Source: an uncultured virus (IMG/VR IMGVR_UViG_3300008116_000020)
Lineage: Duplodnaviria > Heunggongvirae > Uroviricota > Caudoviricetes
DNA length: 64,000 nucleotides
Virus record (IMG/VR): IMGVR_UViG_3300008116_000020
Location: 1-64,000 of that record
Reading direction: 5' to 3' (one strand)
Shown: piece after piece, positions 56,555 to 64,000 of the stretch
Layout: the number at the start of each line of letters is the position of its first letter
Position numbering within the stretch: the stretch's first letter is position 1
The notes under the pieces: model-generated
Told to the model about the DNA's origin: nothing
Databases searched by the model: none
Seen by the model: only the letters and a program-made list of their open reading frames with translations
Program-made: the position numbers and the translations under genes

Positions 56555-56748
56555 TGAGTTATCAAATTGATAGTGATGGATTTGTAATATACAAAGGTGT
56601 TAAGTTGAGTTTAACGGTTGAACAGTTAAGTGATACTCGAATAATAACTGGTATATCAAGTGAAAAGTTGATTGAATATCAATACAAAAGAGAGATTGTT
56701 GAGATAAGAGATAAGAAGATAGATGAAATAATAAAACCACTCGATTGA
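56554..56748 (+). CDS. small protein with RDKKIDEII tag
   Basis: ORF with the shared tag. Confidence 0.5.
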   Translation: MSYQIDSDGFVIYKGVKLSLTVEQLSDTRIITGISSEKLIEYQYKREIVEIRDKKIDEIIKPLD

Positions 56749-56771
56749 GTGGTTTTATTTTAAGTTTAAAA

Positions 56772-58178
56772 TTAAATCCTCCTAATTCCAGGCACAAACC
56801 CATATTTAAAGTTTTTCTTTGCCCATTCATAATCATCTTTATTCAATGGATTATCATCGTTGCAACTTCCAGCCCAATAATAACCTTTTACTTCTTTAGG
56901 ACCTTCTTTTAATGATTTTATCCTATTTCTATCACAATTAAAATTACCTCCTATTGATCTTGGTGATCCTTCTAAAGAAGTTAATATATTAAATGAACAA
57001 TCAAAACTACCACTAACTTTTCCAAATTTAAGAGGAATTTTTTTCAAACCATTATTACTAATATTTACCGTTCCATCAACATCAACTGTTCCATCTGAGT
57101 TAATTTTATAATTCTTAATACCGAGTTCTGAACAAATTCCATCAATACCAAGATCTTTTTCATCTAAATCAACAACATATTTATCTTCCTGATCATTATA
57201 AACTCTATTATTTAGACAGAAAGTTCCAATTGACTTATTAAAATATTCATTTAATATATTATCAACCGTTTTTTTAAATTCACTTCTATTAACACCATAC
57301 ATATGTTTACTCGTATATAAATTAGTTATATCACGATCTAAACCATCCTCGATGTATAATCCCTCTTCTTCATATTTTCTCTCCATTTCAGGACTTATTT
57401 CTTTATGAGTAGCTACAACTTTACCTGATCTATCTTTAACAGTATAAAGAGTAGGATGGTATGGTTTTATATTCAAAACACCCAATGGGTTATTAATGTT
57501 TTTATCATTTTTATTTATCAAATAAGATATTAGTGATCCTTCTTGAACTTCTTTAATTAAATACTTGACATTAACACCATCACTTTTATATTTCATTATC
57601 TTATCGTTAATTTCTCTTATTTTCTTATCATCATTAGATTTCTTAGCACTTTCTAATTCATCCATTAATTTAGTTAAACGATTAGATTTATCTGTTCCAA
57701 TTGTCATACAATTTGTCCAATTTCTATCTGTATCGGATCCAGTAATATCATATGGGTGTCTTGATATAACAACTAAAAGATCTTCTTTTGAAGTAGATGT
57801 TAAGGCTTTTCTTTTCTCATCCTCGACAAACTTTTTATTTAAATCTTCATTTTTAAATCTAGTTAACAACTTACCAATTGTGGTTTCGTTTTTAGAATTA
57901 TTAAACTTAGCACTTCCTTTAACATAATCAACAATCTGACAATCATTTTCTTTTAGAAATTTATCAATCTCTTCATGAATTTTTGAGACATATCCTTTTA
58001 TTTCCTCTTTAACTAAAGGTATATAAATACGATAGTAATTTTTATCATGCTCATACTTATCACCAAGTTTCTTAAAAATATCTAAATATCTTTCCCTATC
58101 AAATTCTTTAACATATTCCCTAAATTGACTAGGTTTTAAAGCTTCGTTAAAATTTTTAAAACTATTTAAATGTTTCAT
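56772..58178 (-). CDS. putative head-targeted protein with C-terminal LRR-like repeats
   Basis: MKHLNSFKNFNEA; VSGSFDCSFNILTSLEGSP / IGGNFNCDRNRIKSLKEGP repeats. Confidence 0.65.
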   Translation of the reverse strand: MKHLNSFKNFNEALKPSQFREYVKEFDRERYLDIFKKLGDKYEHDKNYYRIYIPLVKEEIKGYVSKIHEEIDKFLKENDCQIVDYVKGSAKFNNSKNETTIGKLLTRFKNEDLNKKFVEDEKRKALTSTSKEDLLVVISRHPYDITGSDTDRNWTNCMTIGTDKSNRLTKLMDELESAKKSNDDKKIREINDKIMKYKSDGVNVKYLIKEVQEGSLISYLINKNDKNINNPLGVLNIKPYHPTLYTVKDRSGKVVATHKEISPEMERKYEEEGLYIEDGLDRDITNLYTSKHMYGVNRSEFKKTVDNILNEYFNKSIGTFCLNNRVYNDQEDKYVVDLDEKDLGIDGICSELGIKNYKINSDGTVDVDGTVNISNNGLKKIPLKFGKVSGSFDCSFNILTSLEGSPRSIGGNFNCDRNRIKSLKEGPKEVKGYYWAGSCNDDNPLNKDDYEWAKKNFKYGFVPGIRRI

Positions 58179-58214
58179 ATTTTTATTTTTTTTTTATATT
58201 TTTATTTTTTTATA

Positions 58215-59057
58215 TTATAAACTAATTATAACTTTTTCACCTTCAGCTACTATATTTTCACTTGGTATATAATCTAAATGATCTCTTAAAAGATCAACAA
58301 ATCTATCTAAGAATTCTTTAGATGCATCTTTTATATTTATTGAAATTCCAGATGTGTAAAGTTTATTATCTAATTCCAAACTTCCAAATAATTTAACTGA
58401 ATTAAATAAAAGAAATGTATTATAACTAAAAGAATATCCTTCATCTTCAATAAGATATGATATTGTGTTAATATCTTTTAATAAATCTTTAATTTCTTCA
58501 TTATTTTTTTTGATATCCTCTTCACTTTTACCATCATTTATGTATTCTGATAATGAGAATAATTTATTTAAAAATTTACATTCTTTTTCATAATCATCTT
58601 TATCGATAACTTTCCATATATCCGAATTAGTTTCTACATATCCATTTGATTTCAAAAATCCATGTATAAAAGTCTTAATTTCATTATCATAACCTTTGAA
58701 TTTATTACAATTAACATCTCGACCCATCTGTATGTCACTTCTAGTTGTGATTTTTCTCCTAATTTTACTTCTAAGTGTGTTTCTATCAAGTCCTCTGTTA
58801 TTTATCTCATTCAAAAGTTGATCCATAAGTTCACTCAACTGATTGAATGATGCTAATATTATTTTTGTGTATTGTTCATTAGTAAGATTTCTTCCTATAT
58901 ACTTACACTCATGTGTTATATCACTTACTCTAGGATCCCCAATGGTCCAGTATTTATTGCTCTCACCTGCGTAATTAGCGCTAGTCAATTGAACTAAGAA
59001 CTTATCGCTTATTACTGTTAAATCAGTTGCCTCATTAAAATTTTTTAAATATTTCAT
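58215..59057 (-). CDS. putative head-targeted protein (MKYLKNFNEA)
   Basis: N-terminal motif; C-terminal domain shared with 39442..39864. Confidence 0.6.
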   Translation of the reverse strand: MKYLKNFNEATDLTVISDKFLVQLTSANYAGESNKYWTIGDPRVSDITHECKYIGRNLTNEQYTKIILASFNQLSELMDQLLNEINNRGLDRNTLRSKIRRKITTRSDIQMGRDVNCNKFKGYDNEIKTFIHGFLKSNGYVETNSDIWKVIDKDDYEKECKFLNKLFSLSEYINDGKSEEDIKKNNEEIKDLLKDINTISYLIEDEGYSFSYNTFLLFNSVKLFGSLELDNKLYTSGISINIKDASKEFLDRFVDLLRDHLDYIPSENIVAEGEKVIISL

Positions 59058-59067
59058 ATTTTACTCT

Positions 59068-60030
59068 TTATTTCTTATAAAATTCTTCTATTTTATCAAC
59101 TCTTATTAATAATACATTAGAGTCAGTCCAAATTTCATGTCCTGGAGTTGGTTCTTTTAAATCATAAATTTTTTCATCATCATTATATGTATTCCCTCTA
59201 TATTCATATGATGGTAAATTTCCAAATGATTTTTTATATTCTAAATAACTCATTTTCTTAATACCCATAGATTCTGGTGAGAATAAAGTATTTAGAACAT
59301 CAATAGTTAAAGGTTTTTTTGGATTTTCCGAGAAAACCCAACTATCACCGGATGTATCAACTTTACTACAAAATTCTAAAACATCTTCCCAATCTTCAAT
59401 GGAATCAGCAGCTCGATTGGTCGATGACCTCATCCATGATTCGAAATCAATAGGATCATCCGGATACATTAATTCATCTTTTGATTTTGGAATCCTTATA
59501 ATATTCAGTTTTGATATATTATTAATATCAATATTTTGATTTATTTTATTACCTATCAAAACATTTAATAATTTTGAAAACTCATGAGTCAACTCGACAT
59601 TGTGCATATCAAAATTAGGAACTATTCCCCAATTAGATCCATTAAAAGGGATAACCCTATATAAGTTATTTCTATATTCCATAAAAGTTCTCATTGAAGT
59701 TGAGCATATTAATTGTCTTTTTGGATAAGAACTCCAAGAGTTTAAATGATTTATAAGAGGAGTGTGTAGATAATTTTTACCAGAAACTCCTTGCATACTT
59801 TTTCTATAAGTAACACCATCATGTTTATATGAATTCCTAGGACTCCAATATGATGAATTTACATAAAGATATGAATCATTAGATGAAATTGATCTGTATA
59901 TGGGTCTATCTTCCCATTTAAAATCAGAACATTTTTCTTTTAAAATTCTTTCGAATTCTTCTTTAGTTAAACTTTTATTTTCATTTAAATTGAAATTTTC
60001 ATAAAGTTTCAAATATTTTAAATATCTCAT
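59068..60030 (-). CDS. putative head-targeted protein, possible ADP-ribosyltransferase fold
   Basis: MRYLKYLKLYENFNLNE; PIYRS, ICSTS and HEIW in R-STS-E order. Confidence 0.45.
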   Translation of the reverse strand: MRYLKYLKLYENFNLNENKSLTKEEFERILKEKCSDFKWEDRPIYRSISSNDSYLYVNSSYWSPRNSYKHDGVTYRKSMQGVSGKNYLHTPLINHLNSWSSYPKRQLICSTSMRTFMEYRNNLYRVIPFNGSNWGIVPNFDMHNVELTHEFSKLLNVLIGNKINQNIDINNISKLNIIRIPKSKDELMYPDDPIDFESWMRSSTNRAADSIEDWEDVLEFCSKVDTSGDSWVFSENPKKPLTIDVLNTLFSPESMGIKKMSYLEYKKSFGNLPSYEYRGNTYNDDEKIYDLKEPTPGHEIWTDSNVLLIRVDKIEEFYKK

Positions 60031-60061
60031 ATTAAAATTTTATTTTTATATATATTTTTTT

Positions 60062-60418
60062 TCATTTATAAAATGAATAACTTGCTGAAGTTATTTTTTC
60101 TTCACCTTCATCCGTATCAGTACCAATCTCAAAATATGATAATTGGTATCCGTTAGATTTCATATGACCAATTACTGATTTCATATGATAGTAAACCTTC
60201 TCTAAGTCTTTAAAATCATTAATAGGTATAATGATTTGAAAATCATTTTTATCAAAATCGTCTATCTCATTATTATCAATAATATCTTGCATTGTTATTT
60301 CATCACCATCACCATGTAAATATATATCATAATGATCCATTAGATCTTGTAAATAATCAACTAAATCAATTAGCTGAAACTCTTCTGAACTTTCGTTAAA
60401 TTTTTTTAAATGTTTCAT
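60062..60418 (-). CDS. putative head-targeted protein (MKHLKKFNESS)
   Basis: N-terminal motif. Confidence 0.6.
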   Translation of the reverse strand: MKHLKKFNESSEEFQLIDLVDYLQDLMDHYDIYLHGDGDEITMQDIIDNNEIDDFDKNDFQIIIPINDFKDLEKVYYHMKSVIGHMKSNGYQLSYFEIGTDTDEGEEKITSASYSFYK

Positions 60419-60810
60419 AATTTATTTAATTTTATATTTATTTCCAAACTCGGTGATTTTGTTAATGTCTTTTTTATTTCATATTCTGGGTATTCATCTA
60501 ATAATCTATTAATACTACTATCAACTCTTTGTGATATTTTTAACCAATTTTCAAAAAACTCAGTTATCTCAGTATCATTACTATTATATTGACTTGGGTT
60601 ATAATACCATTGATTAAATGGTTTGTCTATATCAAAACCAATTGAACTTTTCAACCAAGTTGATATAACTAATCGATAATTAACACTCTTTTTATATGAA
60701 TATTCACATCTGAAATTATCATCTTCTATTACTTCTCTGAAACAACTTTCGATATACTCAATATCCAATTCGTTTTCACTACTTTCATTAAATTTCTTTA
60801 AATATTTCAT
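60415..60810 (-). CDS. putative head-targeted protein (MKYLKKFNESS)
   Basis: N-terminal motif; TTAATATATAG upstream; similar to 3979..4434. Confidence 0.6.
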   Translation of the reverse strand: MKYLKKFNESSENELDIEYIESCFREVIEDDNFRCEYSYKKSVNYRLVISTWLKSSIGFDIDKPFNQWYYNPSQYNSNDTEITEFFENWLKISQRVDSSINRLLDEYPEYEIKKTLTKSPSLEINIKLNKL

Positions 60811-60871
60811 AATTCTATATATTAATTCTCACTATTCAAAATTAATTTCCTATATTTGTAAAAAGTATTTT

Positions 60872-61279
60872 ATGTTAAGAGAAGATAATTCAGGATTTGT
60901 AATATTTCCAACAAGAACCTCCACGAGGTTTAAAAGATTAGAAGCAGGTAAAACACTTGTTTATTTCGTTGCATTTGATATTGAAGATATTAATAGAGGT
61001 AAATACTGCCTTTCAAATCTTAACTTAGAATTACCTGGTGAATTCGTCGCAGACGATATTTCAAAAAATAATATTTATTTTGATAAAGACGGTTTGTCAA
61101 TTCAATTAACTACTTCTATTTGTGTTGGGTGGTCAAATTATTCTTATGAAGATAATGATGGATCTGATTGGGTTGCTACTTTTGATAAGTTAAGTAATGA
61201 GGGTAAGAAACTTTATTACTCTTTAAGAAAGTTACACAATAACAAAGAAATAAGAATTTTAACATTTAATAATTACTAA
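60872..61279 (+). CDS. hypothetical protein
   Basis: ORF after a TATATTTG element. Confidence 0.55.
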   Translation: MLREDNSGFVIFPTRTSTRFKRLEAGKTLVYFVAFDIEDINRGKYCLSNLNLELPGEFVADDISKNNIYFDKDGLSIQLTTSICVGWSNYSYEDNDGSDWVATFDKLSNEGKKLYYSLRKLHNNKEIRILTFNNY

Positions 61280-61282
61280 AAA

Positions 61283-61314
61283 TTTGGTGATTTAGAATAA
61301 ACTTATTATATTTG
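61283..61314 (+). promoter_or_regulatory. Bacteroidota-type sigma70 promoter
   Basis: TTTG-GTGATTTAGAATAAACTTAT-TATATTTG (20-nt spacer). Confidence 0.75.
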
Positions 61315-61338
61315 TTAAACAAATAAAAAATAGAAACA

Positions 61339-61512
61339 ATGGGAGACGCAATTTTAAACACTATAACATATATGATATTAATTATCTTTATGATTGGTTT
61401 TGGAGTTATTATAACTATTGGTCTTTATAAGTTTATTAATGAAGATTTATTGGGTAACAAACCAAAGAAAGATTTTAAAGTTACTAAACCTAACAGAAGT
61501 ATAAGAAAATAA
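61339..61512 (+). CDS. small single-TM protein (not in ORF track)
   Basis: MGDAILNTITYMILIIFMIGFGVIITIGLYKF... Confidence 0.5.
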   Translation: MGDAILNTITYMILIIFMIGFGVIITIGLYKFINEDLLGNKPKKDFKVTKPNRSIRK

Positions 61513-61533
61513 AAATTTAAATTTATATAAATT

Positions 61534-63102
61534 ATGTCACAAAAAATTTACATTTCTCCTGAGTTAAAAGAAGTTTTACTTGAAATTCAAGATTCAGTTG
61601 TTGCTAAACTTTTATTACAAGATGATCACTCTGATGAAGAATTGGCTACTGATTATGTAAACTTTATTTCTATTTCAAAGAAAGATGTAACTAAGATCTC
61701 TTATTTACCAAAAGAAAGATCTGAGGGTTTAACATTAGATGAATGTTGGGCTACAACAAAACGAGTTATGGCTAAACCAGGTGGTTTTGTTTCTAAAGTG
61801 TTTGTTGGTATTTCTGAAAAAGAAGTTGAGAAATTCTCAACACTTTTTAGAAGTGAGGTAACTAAACCTAAATTGAACTTTAAAGTTGTTAGTGGTGATG
61901 ATATCAAAAAATACTACCATTATTCAACTTACTGTGAGAAAAATGGTGGATCATTACACGCTTCTTGTATGAAGTATGATGGTTGTCAAAGATATTTAGA
62001 TATCTATTCAAGAAATCCAGAGATTTGTAAAATGGTTGTTCTTTATGACAACGATGATACAAGACGAATTGTTGGTAGAGCACTTCTTTGGGAGTTAGAT
62101 GGTTATAAAATCATGGATCGTATTTATACAATTAGTGATGAAACTTACCAATTCTATTTTAAACAATGGGCTACTAAAAATGATTACTTGTTTAAATCAG
62201 AACAAAACTGGTTTAATACCAAAAAGTTCGAGAATTTAAATGGTGTTAAGGTTAACTTAGACTTAACTGTTAAGTTACCAGGAGTTAATAACTTAGATTA
62301 TACTCCATATATGGATACCTTTAAGTTTTTAGATTATGATGGTAACCTACATAACGCTCAACCTAAAGGTAGAGACTACTATACTTTAACTACAACAGAT
62401 GGTAGAAAACACGGTTATGATTACCTTGTAACTGATGTCTTAGATGATGTTTTGAGATATAGACACGACGCTTGTTACCTAAGATATTTAGAGGCTTGGA
62501 CTTCACCAAACAACTGTAAATATTCTAACATTTTAGATACTTATATCTTGGATAGAGATTGTGTTTATAATGATGAATTAAGAGACTATATCTTTAATGA
62601 TGAGCACAAATCTCATAACAATGATGAAAGAATTAACTCTCAGTTAGAATATATCAGAGAAGAAAAAAGACAACGTGAAGAACGTGATGCTCGAAGAAGA
62701 GAAGAAAGACGATTGAGAGATGAACGCGAGGCTCAAGAAAGAGCTGAACGTGAAGCCAGAAGACAACAAATGATGAGTGAAGCTCAAGGTGACCAAGTTG
62801 AAGATATTCGATTATCCGATATTTATCCAAATGATTACCTTGGATTTGGTTTCGGTGGTGGTGATAGACTTGGTATGTTCGACGCTTATCGTGTTGTTAT
62901 GGAAAGTATTGAGAGACTACCAGGTGACATAAACAGAGCTGAGTTTGCTCATACTGTTTTAGATAATTTCAATATGTTATCAAGAGATACTAGAACATTA
63001 GACGCATTAGAACACATTATGAACCGTTACATCAGAGGTGGTTATACTATCGAAAACAACCGAGACCGTTACGGTTATTACTACGATAGACCAAGATACT
63101 AA
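61534..63102 (+). CDS. hypothetical phage protein (SCM...GRALLW...MDRIY domain) with R/E-rich helix
   Basis: GSLHASCMKY, IVGRALLW, IMDRIYT and PYMDTF motifs; function unknown. Confidence 0.65.
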   Translation: MSQKIYISPELKEVLLEIQDSVVAKLLLQDDHSDEELATDYVNFISISKKDVTKISYLPKERSEGLTLDECWATTKRVMAKPGGFVSKVFVGISEKEVEKFSTLFRSEVTKPKLNFKVVSGDDIKKYYHYSTYCEKNGGSLHASCMKYDGCQRYLDIYSRNPEICKMVVLYDNDDTRRIVGRALLWELDGYKIMDRIYTISDETYQFYFKQWATKNDYLFKSEQNWFNTKKFENLNGVKVNLDLTVKLPGVNNLDYTPYMDTFKFLDYDGNLHNAQPKGRDYYTLTTTDGRKHGYDYLVTDVLDDVLRYRHDACYLRYLEAWTSPNNCKYSNILDTYILDRDCVYNDELRDYIFNDEHKSHNNDERINSQLEYIREEKRQREERDARRREERRLRDEREAQERAEREARRQQMMSEAQGDQVEDIRLSDIYPNDYLGFGFGGGDRLGMFDAYRVVMESIERLPGDINRAEFAHTVLDNFNMLSRDTRTLDALEHIMNRYIRGGYTIENNRDRYGYYYDRPRY

Positions 63103-63147
63103 GATAGACCATACTAAACATTTAGATCTCTCATTTATATAAATTAA

Positions 63148-63894
63148 ATGAGAGATTTTTTTTTACAGAAATTAGAGTGCTTTAAAGATCCGGATTTTAT
63201 ATTTGACCCAGGTCTACACAAATATACCTATCATGGTGATGTATTTCAATCTGTTACACAATTCTTAGGTGAGTTTCACCTTCCATTTGACACCGAAGAG
63301 AAATCAAAAAAGAAAGCAGATGATACTGGTTTTGATCAAGAATGGATTAAAGCTGAGTGGAAAGAAACAAATAGGTATGCTAACGAAGTAGGAACTGCTA
63401 CTCACGAATGGATTGAGAATTATTACAATAAGATTTGGCAACCACTTCCAGAAAATCCAGACATTATACATCGTATAAATAAATTCAATAAGATTTTTTG
63501 TAAACAACTCCACAAACTTGATGAAGTTAAGTTTGAGATAAAAGTCTTTTCTAAAAAATGGAAAAAGGCTGGTACGATAGATGCTCTTTTCATGAAAGAT
63601 GGTAAGTTATACATACTTGATTGGAAGACGAATAAGAAATTTACGGATGATGATCATAAGGATGGTAAGTGGCAGAAGTTATTATGGCCCTTCCAGGACT
63701 TCTATAAAAATCATCATAATGAATATTCTATTCAGTTATCTATGTATGCTTGTATTTTGGAAGAGTGGGGTTTTGAGGTTGCTGGAGCTTACTTAGTTTA
63801 TATCAGTCCTGGTGAGGAAGAAGCGAGGTTGATTAAATGTAAAGACATGAGAAAATATATTAAACAATATTTTGATAGTGTTAATAAATATTAA
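63148..63894 (+). CDS. PD-(D/E)XK exonuclease (Cas4/RecB-like phage nuclease)
   Basis: SVTQFL, GTATHEWIE, AGTIDALF, ILDWKT and YSIQLSMY motifs. Confidence 0.85.
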   Translation: MRDFFLQKLECFKDPDFIFDPGLHKYTYHGDVFQSVTQFLGEFHLPFDTEEKSKKKADDTGFDQEWIKAEWKETNRYANEVGTATHEWIENYYNKIWQPLPENPDIIHRINKFNKIFCKQLHKLDEVKFEIKVFSKKWKKAGTIDALFMKDGKLYILDWKTNKKFTDDDHKDGKWQKLLWPFQDFYKNHHNEYSIQLSMYACILEEWGFEVAGAYLVYISPGEEEARLIKCKDMRKYIKQYFDSVNKY

Positions 63895-64000
63895 AAGATG
63901 GTCATCCAAATAATATTAGATTAATTAATGAAATTTTATTATCTTTATGAAAATAAAAAATAATATGCAATCAGAAAAAACCATACAATTCTTAAAAAAA

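Noticed and set aside
14254..63796. Many short antisense or overlapping track ORFs (e.g. 14254, 15974, 17540, 42968, 55099, 57565, 61701, 63599)
   Set aside because: They lie within better-supported genes, lack motifs and have shadow-frame composition
63148..63894. Cas4 as part of a CRISPR system
   Set aside because: No Fe-S cysteine cluster pattern and no cas genes or array nearby; treated as a stand-alone phage exonuclease
1..64000. Genome-wide TAG reassignment
   Set aside because: Conserved genes are intact under code 11 and several genes end at TAG at plausible positions; only one in-frame TAG candidate was found in this window

Overview
Strongly AT-rich, densely coding segment of a large (jumbo-type, T4-like) dsDNA phage. 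The host is most likely Bacteroidota: at least six TTTG-N20-TAnnTTTG host-sigma promoters are present. The window carries type II topoisomerase subunits, a T4 RNase H-like exonuclease, NusG, a Dam methylase, UvsE, dCMP deaminase, CoaD, a MoxR AAA ATPase and a VWA partner, Hsp20, a rhomboid, a patatin, seven intact homing endonucleases and ten tRNA or tRNA-like genes, none with an encoded CCA. The most unusual signals are: (1) three related Glu-bodied tRNA-like genes with 8-nt anticodon loops, two with a GUAA hairpin inserted in the D-loop, next to a triple-hairpin repeat; (2) an amber (CUA) suppressor tRNA plus a nearby gene with an in-frame TAG at codon 4; (3) two mutually exclusive peptide tags, an N-terminal MKYLKKFNE-type motif on about 20 late-promoter genes that resembles the T4 capsid-targeting sequence, and a C-terminal RDxKLxxL(G) motif on about 20 unrelated small proteins; (4) a CCA-adding enzyme split cleanly into two genes by an HNH endonuclease. 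All functional calls come from motif recognition by eye; no database search was run.
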